Origin: an uncultured Desulfatitalea sp. | GTDB lineage: Bacteria; Desulfobacterota; Desulfobacteria; Desulfobacterales; Desulfosarcinaceae | Direction: 5' to 3' | NCBI GenBank assembly: GCA_963668675.2 | Contig: CAXXMB010000001.1 | Coordinates: 160,001-224,000 of the forward strand | Length of the DNA: 64,000 nucleotides | In this document: positions 49,960 to 58,708 of the stretch, one piece after another | Numbering within the stretch: the stretch's first letter is position 1 | Layout of the letters: each line of letters starts with the position of its first letter | Made by a program: the position numbers and the translations under genes | The notes under the pieces: model-generated | Told to the model about the DNA's origin: nothing | Databases searched by the model: none | The model's input: the letters and a program-made list of their open reading frames with translations, nothing else

Positions 49960-49988
49960 CGCCGACCTGAAATCAGGTCGGCGCTTTT
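49960..49988 (+). terminator. Intrinsic terminator or attenuator hairpin after DUF4150
   Basis: CGCCGACCTGA-AA-TCAGGTCGGCG followed by CTTTT. Confidence 0.6.
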
Positions 49989-50007
49989 AAATACGAAGTA
50001 TAGAAGG

Positions 50008-51126
50008 ATGATGATGGCTGCGATGAATCTCATGATCACAGGCTTGGGAATGATCACATCGGTCGGCTTCGATGCGGCCAGCTCATGCGCATCGATCCGC
50101 GCCGGTTTGAATCGGCGCCGCGAAATCGATTACTACACCACGCTCGACACGGAGACCATGGATGCCATCCCCGTCATCGGTTGCCCGGTGAGCGGGTATG
50201 CCGACGGCTTCAACAAAGTGGGCCGATGGATTCGGCTGGGCCTGGGATGCTTGCAGGATCTGATCGATCAGAATGCCCTTCCGGACAGAACCGATACCCA
50301 ATTCTGGTCGAAGACCGGTCTCATCGGCGTAACACCGCCTTGCCGGGAACCCAGAATCGATGCCGATGAGGCGTGTACGCCGAAAGACGTCCTACGCGCG
50401 TTTCTCCATCCGCTGATAGATCTGTTGGATCGCCCCATTCCGGAATCCAATCTTGAAATGGTTTGTGCCGGTCATAGCGGCGCCGTCATGGCGGTCGATA
50501 TGGCCCCCGCCATGATGACCCAAAAGGGGCTGGAACGGGTCATCGTTCTTGGGGTCGACTCCTACCTCGATCCTGAAAGCCTCGATTGGCTCTCGGAAAA
50601 TCATCGGCTCAAGATCGAAAGCATGCCGACCGGTCTCATGCCGGGAGAAGCCGGCGCCTGTTTCATGCTCGAATCGGAAAGGGCGGCCCAAAACCGTCGG
50701 GCAGAAGGATTGGCGGCGGTCGTCCAACCGGCCTTGGGCACCGAAGAGAACCACTACTACTCCGACGGATCGAGCCAGGGCGTGGCCCTTGCCGGCGCCA
50801 TCCACCAAGCTGTCGTCAACGCCGGTTTGGACGGCCCCTTTGCCGGCGACGTGATTTCTGACATGAACGGAGAAACGTGGCGGGCGTATGAGCTCGGATC
50901 GGCGCGCATACGCCTGTCGTCGGTTCTGTCGGAAGAGGCCGACTTCGTCTTTCCGGCAGACTCGCTTGGAGAGGTCGGAGCCGCCAGCGGTGCGGTGGCC
51001 ATTTGCATGGCCGTTCGTATGCTCCACCGGCATTACAGCCATGGGGATACGGTGCTGATTGCCTCCAGTTCGGACGCCGGACCGGTAGGCGCGGTATGCG
51101 TTCGAAATGCCATCACAACATCTTGA
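50008..51126 (+). CDS. Beta-ketoacyl-synthase-like T6SS accessory protein (PRK06147-like)
   Basis: TGLGMITSVGFDAASSCASIRAG, GVDSYL, MPGEAGA, SDMNGE, LGEVGAASG. Confidence 0.88.
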   Translation: MMMAAMNLMITGLGMITSVGFDAASSCASIRAGLNRRREIDYYTTLDTETMDAIPVIGCPVSGYADGFNKVGRWIRLGLGCLQDLIDQNALPDRTDTQFWSKTGLIGVTPPCREPRIDADEACTPKDVLRAFLHPLIDLLDRPIPESNLEMVCAGHSGAVMAVDMAPAMMTQKGLERVIVLGVDSYLDPESLDWLSENHRLKIESMPTGLMPGEAGACFMLESERAAQNRRAEGLAAVVQPALGTEENHYYSDGSSQGVALAGAIHQAVVNAGLDGPFAGDVISDMNGETWRAYELGSARIRLSSVLSEEADFVFPADSLGEVGAASGAVAICMAVRMLHRHYSHGDTVLIASSSDAGPVGAVCVRNAITTS

Positions 51127-51168
51127 AATATTATTAAATATTAAAATTGATGGAGATGCGACGCCAAA

Positions 51169-52002
51169 ATGGGAAAAGATAATCACTTCACAGATGAAGA
51201 GCTCGAGGAGTTGCACCAACCGAAAGATGGGGCTGAAGGCAAGGGGTGTTTGATTCGCCATCAACCGCGCACCGAAGATCATCAGTGCTCGCATCAGTGG
51301 CAGGCACGGGTCAAGGCCGAATCGGATGACACGGTTTACAATTACCCCGCCTACAAGAAGCTTTGTGGCTCGGGGAAGTTCAAAACAGCAGCCCGGACGG
51401 CCAGATCAGGCAACCCGTTTCCACGCGATTATGCCGATTTGATAAACGGTGATTACATGAAAGAGAGGCCAACCCATGAGGGCAAAGAGTGGGACCTTGG
51501 CAAGGGGCGGAATTTCAATCATTGGCTAAAACCTTATTGGCACAATGCCCATCACATCATACCCAACACGGGGTTGAAGAGAGCCATCAATGACAGCGCG
51601 GATGAATATGAGGACGCTCGTTTACCGAATATCATCCGTTACTGTCTGCTAAAAGGGTCTTACAATCTGAATGACCAGGTCAACATGATCATTTTACCCC
51701 AGGGAAGGGTCGTGGCTGAGACCCTTGGACTGCCCCGGCACCTTAAAGGAGATGAGGTTGGACCCGACGAAAAGAAAGAGTTTTTTTCTCATTTGGATTA
51801 CAGCCAGAATATGAAGAATAAGATCGATAAGGTGATCGTAGAATACGTTGAATCCCTGGAGTCTGCTTTAGAGAACCATCCCGAGCCACCGACAGCCCTG
51901 TCAAAATCGAAATTGGAAAGAATTTCTAGAATAACATACGACTCCATCAAGAATATAAAACCAGAAGATGCAGGCAAGGCATTATCAGACTTAAACCTAT
52001 AG
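51169..52002 (+). CDS. AHH-motif HNH-superfamily nuclease, candidate T6SS effector
   Basis: WHNAHHIIP, YNLN...NMIILP, LPRH...SHLDYS; AT-richer than the flanks. Confidence 0.85.
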   Translation: MGKDNHFTDEELEELHQPKDGAEGKGCLIRHQPRTEDHQCSHQWQARVKAESDDTVYNYPAYKKLCGSGKFKTAARTARSGNPFPRDYADLINGDYMKERPTHEGKEWDLGKGRNFNHWLKPYWHNAHHIIPNTGLKRAINDSADEYEDARLPNIIRYCLLKGSYNLNDQVNMIILPQGRVVAETLGLPRHLKGDEVGPDEKKEFFSHLDYSQNMKNKIDKVIVEYVESLESALENHPEPPTALSKSKLERISRITYDSIKNIKPEDAGKALSDLNL

Positions 52003-52034
52003 GGCTATGAAAATATTCAACGACGGAGATTTTG

Positions 52035-52625
52035 ATGAGATATTTCCAGATTAATAACTTGGGTGACACACAGGACAGGAGCCTATCCTTTATCAGCAAT
52101 GGTGTTAAAAAAATGGGATTAGCGTCCTATCGGCCGGCCAAAGGAAAAAGAGTTGGTGACAAGTATCCGGAAAATGCAGAGATTCATTTGCAACCGGAAA
52201 ATCCTGGTATCAAACTGCCCAATTTGATCGGAAATACCAAAAGCCATTTAATTGTCAATACTGCCATGAAGGACACCATTCTTGAGTATTGTCCTGGGGG
52301 TGAGGTGGACATTGAGATACTTCCTTTTACGTTGATCAATCATAAGAAAAGGGTCCACAGCAAGGACTATTGGATTATCAATCCAATCGGTACGTTCGAC
52401 TGTGTGAACCGCAGCGCAAGTGAGATCGAGTTCTTGGATGATGAGATAGTTGGAGTAGACAAATATGTATTCGATCCGAAGAAACTGGAGAAAGCACCGC
52501 ACCTGTTTAGAGTACCTGAAGATCCGACCGAGTATTTTATCAGCCAGAGTCTGGCAAAGGCGTTTCAGGAGAAACAGTTTACTAACATTTTCTTGATCGA
52601 AATAGAGCAGTCCGAAGAAGATTAA
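52035..52625 (+). CDS. Imm11/DUF1629-like immunity protein
   Basis: LIVN, IEILPF, YWIINP, DCVNRSAS, HLFRV, YFIS; immediately follows the AHH nuclease. Confidence 0.78.
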   Translation: MRYFQINNLGDTQDRSLSFISNGVKKMGLASYRPAKGKRVGDKYPENAEIHLQPENPGIKLPNLIGNTKSHLIVNTAMKDTILEYCPGGEVDIEILPFTLINHKKRVHSKDYWIINPIGTFDCVNRSASEIEFLDDEIVGVDKYVFDPKKLEKAPHLFRVPEDPTEYFISQSLAKAFQEKQFTNIFLIEIEQSEED

Positions 52626-52652
52626 GTTGAGCTTAGCGACAAAGGTGAATCG

Positions 52653-53375
52653 ATGACCTCCCAGATGTTACCAATGATCATGGCCAACGCGGAATACGAT
52701 TTGAATAAAGGGCTGCCCTTTGTCCAACAAGGCGAAGCAGATAAAAAAATCTACGAACTGGTCTGCAGGGCATATCGCGCGAGGGGTATCTGTCGATTGT
52801 TTCTGGAAGGGTTGCCCGGGCCCCTGCATGCCGATCTGCAAAATAGCGGTAAGACCTACCTGCAGTATTTGAAGTCGGCCCGGGACGACGAGCTTGCTAC
52901 GAGCAAAGGGATATCGTTTTTCGACAGCATCGCGGGTAACGATTTTGAAACCGCGCGCCAAATTGCCGCCCATTCACGCCATACATGGAACAATGACGAG
53001 GAGTATGAAGACGATTTCCTCTATGTTTATTTCCTGATGAAACACTTTTTCATGGACGGAGGCGAAGACGAAATCGAAAAGATACTTCAGATGTTCGCCG
53101 ATCTGGTTGGAGACGAAAGCAGCCCAAGACTCGATGTGTGCCAGGCGTTTGTGAACAGTGACGGTAAGGCCTTTGACGAGGCCTTAAGCGATTTAATTCT
53201 CGAGTATCAAACGTATTACCAGGAAGGATTCGCAAGGGACGAAATTCTGGAAGAGGTTTGGGCCACCGAAGGACATCTGTTTATCGAGGGGCTCGCATTG
53301 ACCCGGCTGGGTGAACTGCTGAAAATGCCGGTGCAAAAAGAGTATGCCCACATTCCCTCGATGGCCCGTTATTAA
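52653..53375 (+). CDS. Imm49-like immunity protein
   Basis: Helical protein with EYEDDF, FDEAL..L, FIEGLAL..L, YAHIP; last codon and stop supplied by the MITE end. Confidence 0.68.
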   Translation: MTSQMLPMIMANAEYDLNKGLPFVQQGEADKKIYELVCRAYRARGICRLFLEGLPGPLHADLQNSGKTYLQYLKSARDDELATSKGISFFDSIAGNDFETARQIAAHSRHTWNNDEEYEDDFLYVYFLMKHFFMDGGEDEIEKILQMFADLVGDESSPRLDVCQAFVNSDGKAFDEALSDLILEYQTYYQEGFARDEILEEVWATEGHLFIEGLALTRLGELLKMPVQKEYAHIPSMARY

Positions 53376-53495
53376 ACCGGCAATTAAATAGGCCAACCTT
53401 TGTCATCCAGGACTTGATCCGGGATCCAGGAACGGTCTGGATTCCGGCCTCCGCCGGAATGACGATTGCTAAGGTAATCAATTGCCGGGTTAATA
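53370..53495 (-). mobile_element. MITE copy (126 bp) inserted in the Imm49 stop codon
   Basis: TATTAAACCGGCAATTAA...TCAATTGCCGGGTTAATA; the reverse complement aligns with 15117..15264 except for a ~22-bp internal segment. Confidence 0.82.
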
Positions 53496-53559
53496 AGGCA
53501 GCTATGTTGAATAATTTGTGTTGGAGCAGATCGGTACGTCGGGACTTGTAAGCAGGGAA

Positions 53560-54594
53560 ATGGATGCCATGGGATATCCTGAAATTGAAAACAGTCGCCC
53601 TCATGAGGTCAAGCCGCTGTTTCTGACCGATGAAGAGGGCTGCCCGCTGTTTGTGCCGGTGGTCAAGGGAACCTATGCGATCGATGGGAAAAGTGGGGCG
53701 AATGGCGGTCTTTCGCTGGCCCAGGTTCAGGAACCCGTCAACATGGAGGGAGAGTATTGGGGGGATGCGGAGACATCGAGCTATAAACACGAGCCGGAAG
53801 TGGCCTTCGTCAAACCGGCCACGGATGTCATCCTCATCGGTCATGCCCATGCCCGTAAACCCGGCGTTTCAGCGCTTAAGGTCTTGTTGAACGTGGGCCC
53901 GATTCGGAAAACCGTCGCCGTTTTTGGTGACCGCTTCTGGTTCAAAAGTATGGGGATCGCCACTGCGACCAAACCGCAGCCTTTTGAAAAGATCCCGTTG
54001 ATTGCCGAACGGTCCTTTGGAGGGTGGGATCGACGCCATCCGGATCCGGCCAAACACAGTTTCGAACCTCGCAATCCGGTTGGTGTCGGCTTCCATGCCA
54101 AGCGCAGTAATTTGGAAGAGGGGCGGCCATTGCCCAACATCGAATATCCGTCTGCCCGCATGAAGCATTACCGAGACACACCACCACCAGCGCTCTTCGG
54201 ATACGTAAGCCCTCATTGGCAACCCCGGGCCGGCTTTGCAGGCACCTATGACGGTGCCTGGCAGAAGTCCAGGATGCCTTTGCTGCCCAAGGATTTTGAT
54301 CGGAGGTTTCTGTGTGGTGCGCCATCGGATCAGATCGTTCCCGGTTTTCTCCGGGGCGATGAAACGGTTGCCATATCCAATGTTACGATGAACGGCAAGC
54401 TTCGCTTCAGCTTGCCGGCCATACCACCGGCCGTTTGCCGCGTGCGGCTCAGACGGGAGCCGGATCAGCAACTGAAGACCAGGTTGGACACGGTCATCAT
54501 CGACGCCGATGAAATGCGTCTCTATCTGCTTTGGCGCGCTTTTTTAAGGATTCCCAAAGGGTTTGAAGAGGTGGAGGCTGTACAGATAGACTAG
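53560..54594 (+). CDS. DUF2169 T6SS accessory/adaptor protein
   Basis: VVKGTY, KPATDVILIGHA, VFGDRFW, ERSFGG, NPVGVG, RAGFAGTYD...LLPKDFD, LDTVIID...LLWR. Confidence 0.92.
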   Translation: MDAMGYPEIENSRPHEVKPLFLTDEEGCPLFVPVVKGTYAIDGKSGANGGLSLAQVQEPVNMEGEYWGDAETSSYKHEPEVAFVKPATDVILIGHAHARKPGVSALKVLLNVGPIRKTVAVFGDRFWFKSMGIATATKPQPFEKIPLIAERSFGGWDRRHPDPAKHSFEPRNPVGVGFHAKRSNLEEGRPLPNIEYPSARMKHYRDTPPPALFGYVSPHWQPRAGFAGTYDGAWQKSRMPLLPKDFDRRFLCGAPSDQIVPGFLRGDETVAISNVTMNGKLRFSLPAIPPAVCRVRLRREPDQQLKTRLDTVIIDADEMRLYLLWRAFLRIPKGFEEVEAVQID

Positions 54595-54649
54595 AACCTA
54601 TCTCAGAAAAGTCTTTTAGCCCAGGATTCATTTTTTGAGACAGGTTCTA
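54592..54649. mobile_element. Second, tiny inverted-repeat element (54 bp plus TA duplication) at the DUF2169 stop
   Basis: TA-GAACCTATCTCAGAAAA...TTTTTTGAGACAGGTTC-TA. Confidence 0.55.
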
Positions 54650-54683
54650 AAACTTTCAATTATTCTCTAAACGGGCTGCGTAC

Positions 54684-56036
54684 ATGGCTGTTTCCATTCA
54701 TACATTCTATAACGAGCTTTATGAAGAGCACCTCGAAGAGGCTTCTTTCCTATACGAGCAGCGCGACAGTTATTTCCATGACCCTGGTATCTCCTGGATC
54801 GAGATCCAAGATCTGGAAAACCGCTTCGAAGCCCATATCGACGCCCTTGTGATCGGGGGAGACGCGGCGTTGGAGATTTGCGCGGTGCAGACCGCGGAAG
54901 GGGACTCCGGAGAACTGCACGCAGCCATTCGCACCTTCTGCCGGCAACGGCGGATAGATCTGCTCGAGCAGGTGCTGGATGATCTGGACATAGAAGATGA
55001 GGAACGTGTGTCGGCCGCCTGCGATGCACTCAAACACGAGTGGCCAAACACGTGGACTGCAGAGATCGAACGACTGTTCCGGGAGCACCCGGCTGGCGCA
55101 AAGGCCGTTCTGCCCACGGTGATCGGATATCGGAGACTGCCGCTCGACCCACTGCTGGTTAGCCTGTTGTCGGACTGCCCGGAGGCCCATCTTCATGCCC
55201 CGATCTGGTCGCTGGGGCGGCTTCGAACGACGCATCCACCATCCGTAAGTGCGCTGACCCCTTTTCTGGAACACCCTGATCCGATCCTCGGCGCGGCCGC
55301 AGCGTTGGCCCTGATGCGAATGTCCCAGCGCCTGTCTCTAAGCTGTGCAACACAACCTTCCGAAGCCTGCGACTTTCGTACGTTGCTGCAGATCATGCTG
55401 GCCGGCGGGGCACGCGACACCGCTTTCCTGCTGGACCGACTCGGCGAAGGTGCAGGCGATATTGAATTGGCGCTGGGGGTGTTGGGTGATCTTCGCGCCA
55501 TCATGCCGCTCATCCAGCGCCTCGAAGACGACACCGCTGCCGGCAGCGCCGCATTGGCCCTGAACTTGATCACCGGGGCCGGGTTGTACGAAGAGGTGTT
55601 TGTGCCCGATGAGGTCGACCGCGATGAGCTATTGGATCATGAGATCGAAAAACTGGACCGGGGAGAACCGTTCTATCCGCCCGGACAGGCGCCGGGAACC
55701 ACCATCGTGCGACTGTCCCAGGATATGGCGACATGGCACGTCTGGTGGAAGGAGAACAGCAACCGTTTTCGAACCGCTCTCCGTTACCGCAACGGCCGGC
55801 CGTTCACACCGGATTGTCTGCTCGAAAATCTGCGTCACGCACAAAGCCCCTATTTTGTCCGTCAAACCGCCTATGAGGAGCTGGTGGTGCGCTACAAGAT
55901 CGATGTGCCCTTCGAAACCGACATGCCGATCCCTGGTCAACTGACCGCCATCTATCGTATGGCGGAGATCATCTCCCAGGGAAAATCACAATGGCAAGCG
56001 GGGCAGTGGTATTACGCTGCTGATATAGTGAATTAA
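54684..56036 (+). CDS. TIGR02270-like HEAT-repeat T6SS accessory protein
   Basis: EEHLEEASFL..QR, RFEAHIDAL, ALGVLGD, LITG, W..WW, RYRNGRP, RQTAYEEL. Confidence 0.8.
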   Translation: MAVSIHTFYNELYEEHLEEASFLYEQRDSYFHDPGISWIEIQDLENRFEAHIDALVIGGDAALEICAVQTAEGDSGELHAAIRTFCRQRRIDLLEQVLDDLDIEDEERVSAACDALKHEWPNTWTAEIERLFREHPAGAKAVLPTVIGYRRLPLDPLLVSLLSDCPEAHLHAPIWSLGRLRTTHPPSVSALTPFLEHPDPILGAAAALALMRMSQRLSLSCATQPSEACDFRTLLQIMLAGGARDTAFLLDRLGEGAGDIELALGVLGDLRAIMPLIQRLEDDTAAGSAALALNLITGAGLYEEVFVPDEVDRDELLDHEIEKLDRGEPFYPPGQAPGTTIVRLSQDMATWHVWWKENSNRFRTALRYRNGRPFTPDCLLENLRHAQSPYFVRQTAYEELVVRYKIDVPFETDMPIPGQLTAIYRMAEIISQGKSQWQAGQWYYAADIVN

Positions 56037-56116
56037 CGTCCGCCTGCGTGTCCATGGATAGTGCCCATGGATAGTGACAGGCCGAACCACAGCCCATGAA
56101 TGGAGGAGCTGATGCC

Positions 56117-56299
56117 ATGCTGATTCAATCCGCCGTCGGTGCTCTCTTTATCCTTTTCGCCCTGGTGATGGCCGGCATTGCCATAAAGAACGGCCGAGCC
56201 CCGGACGGACACTGGACCATCGCCGCCCGGACAAGGTTTAAAATAGCCGCTGTCTTTTCCGTTGTAGGGGTTGTCCTGGTAGCGATTGGGATGGCTTAG
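56117..56299 (+). CDS. Small two-TM membrane protein
   Basis: GGAGGAG RBS; two hydrophobic segments. Confidence 0.5.
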   Translation: MLIQSAVGALFILFALVMAGIAIKNGRAPDGHWTIAARTRFKIAAVFSVVGVVLVAIGMA

Positions 56300-56315
56300 T
56301 TCGGGCTTCGTTTTG

Positions 56316-56433
56316 TACCCAACGCTTAATTTTCTTCCCTTCATCGACCGAAAGTTCGCCCACAAAAACAATATCAATGTATGTCAGATACCAAAGGCCG
56401 ACTTCGCCGATGGTGAAAAGCATCGCATTGGCA
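56316..56433 (-). pseudogene. Remnant of a TM2-domain gene (diverged copy of 58712..58829)
   Basis: MLFTIGEVGLWY...GELSVDEGKKIKRWV versus MLFTIGGLGLWY...GELIDDEGKKIRRWV. Confidence 0.75.
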
Positions 56434-56632
56434 GGTTTCACTCCGAAATATTCATGCCCCGGCGGAAGTTTGCCTTAGAAATTTGGTAAGTTAAGCCTAA
56501 AAATAGATAAACAGGTTTGACGCATAGCAGACTTTCTGCCATATTTAATCCCTAACTGGGAAATACTATCGCTTTCTCTTTCTGATATTGAATTGAATCT
56601 CGATGCTGGACGTGAGCGGAGCAGGGGGGACG

Positions 56633-58701
56633 ATGAAGCGAATCTTGTAAGGTTGTTTGACTGTTTTCTTCTTTTTTCGATGGTAACGGCGCTTTGCGCA
56701 TACGACTTCAGCGGTTTAGGGAACGAAGATATAGGAGTATTCAACGCGCAGGGCGACCGATTTCTCGTCAGTTCCGCTTTCGGACAAGACGGCACCTCTA
56801 TTTACTACAACAGCAGCAGTGACCTCGAAGAAGGCATCATCATCAAAGCCGACGGCACCCACCTTGTCAGCTTCGACTTTCAGGAAATGACCTTCAGCAC
56901 CTGCGATGCGAACGAGACCGTCTCCATCTCCATCACCGCAACACTGGTCGGCGGCGGGACCGTGACGCACTCGGTCGCAGGCTATGCAATGATTTTCGGC
57001 AACACGTACGACGGTAGCCGGCGCGTTGTCTTCGCACAACAGGGAAGCACCGGGACCCCCGCCATTGTAAACGGCAATGCCTTCACGGGGCAATCCGATT
57101 TCATCGCGGCCACGGATATCGGTGGCGGTTGGCGCTGCGTCTATAACGATACCGGCCGCACGGTCAACATCACCGGCCTGCGTTCCGATACGGCCTACCG
57201 GTTTGCTGTCTGTGAATACAACGGCACCGGCGGTGGTGAAGCATACCTGACCACCAGCGGAACCAACCTGCTGAACGCTACGACGGAAGGCGTCACCTCC
57301 GCGGTCACCTGCGATTTCAGCAACCTCGGTTCGGCGACGGGGGGCGGCTTCAAACCACAGGGTGGCCGTTTTCTGGTCAGCGAAGGGTTCGAACAGGATG
57401 GTACCGGCATCTATTTCGACAGCAGTGCAGAATCGGAATCGGACATCATCATACGAAGCGACGGTAGCAACCTGGTCTCCTTCGACCTTATCGATCTGGT
57501 CATCTCCCCCTTCCAGGAGGACCGCACCATTTCCCTGTCCATAACGGCGCAGTTGGCCGGAGGCGGCAACCAGAGCCAATCGATCACCCAATTTGCCATG
57601 CTCCATGGCCTTCAATACGCCTTGACGTTCATGGGCATGGACTTCAGCCTATTCGATGATGCTACCGAACTCTCCATCGCAGTTACCATTCACGAAAGCA
57701 GCGTCAACAACTTCTCCTTCGAAACCATCACACTGGATGACATGAAAGCACCCGGCACACCGCCGACGGTCTCGACACAGGCGGTGACCGATATATCAGC
57801 CGATGCGGTGACCGCCAACGGCACCATTGAAACCATCGGAGAGCCTGCGGCCGCGGCCCATGGGTTTGTATGGAACACCGGCGGCGTCCCCACACTGGCC
57901 GATAATTTCTTCGATCTGGGTGGCGTCTCTCAAGGCAGTTATAACAGCACCCTCGCAGGGTTGTCCGCTTATACAACCTATTTCGTAAGATCGTACGCCA
58001 CTAACGTTACCGGCACTGTCTATGGCAACCAGGTGACTTTCACCACAAGTGCCGTCATCCCTGTTGTGGACACCCAGGCGGTCAGTGCCATCGGTGCCAC
58101 CAGCGCTAACGCCAGCGGGACCCTCACCGAACTGGGAGCGCCATCACCCACGGCGCACGGGTTTGTGTGGAACACCTCGGGCAGCTCCACCTTGGCCGAC
58201 AATACGGCCGATCTGGGCAAGGCTTCGTCCACCGGCGTGTTCAACAGGGTCCTCAGCGGCCTGTCGGCTCATACGATCTATTACGCTCGTGCATACGTCA
58301 CAAGCGCTGCCCAAACTCGATACGGGAATGAAATCACCTTCACTATCTATGCACCGCCCATTGCCGCAGCCGGAGGGGACCGAACCACATTATCCGAAGA
58401 GATGGTCACGCTGGACGGCACCGGATCGACAGACCCGGATGGCAGGATAGAGGGGTGGCAATGGATTCAAATAGAGGGGCCGACCGTGGCGCTGTCGAAC
58501 GCCGATACCGCCACTCCGCAATTTGAAGCTCCGCAAGTTGATGACGGCAGCGAGATTATCGTGACTTTAAGGTTGACCGTCACGGACAACGACGGACTTA
58601 CCGCTTTAGACAACTGTCAGGTAACAGTCAGCGCGAACTCATCAGGAGGGGGCGGAGACGACGGCGGCTTTTGCTTTATCGGGACGATCATGGGAAACTG
58701 A
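56633..58701 (+). pseudogene. Secreted FN3/PKD-like repeat protein with C-terminal CFI tail; damaged signal peptide
   Basis: ATG 56633 gives MKRIL*GCLTV (TAA at 56648), and a frameshift leads into FLLFSMVTALCA|YDF. Repeats HGFVWNT.G.PT; PKD-like VTLDGTGSTDPDG; ends GGGGDDGGFCFIGTIMGN. Confidence 0.7.
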
Positions 58702-58708
58702 CTTCGGG

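Noticed and set aside
9054..53495. Repeated palindromes read as a CRISPR array or attC cassette sites
   Set aside because: Dispersed rather than regularly spaced with unique spacers; no cas or integrase gene; the ends fit TIR plus TA duplication.
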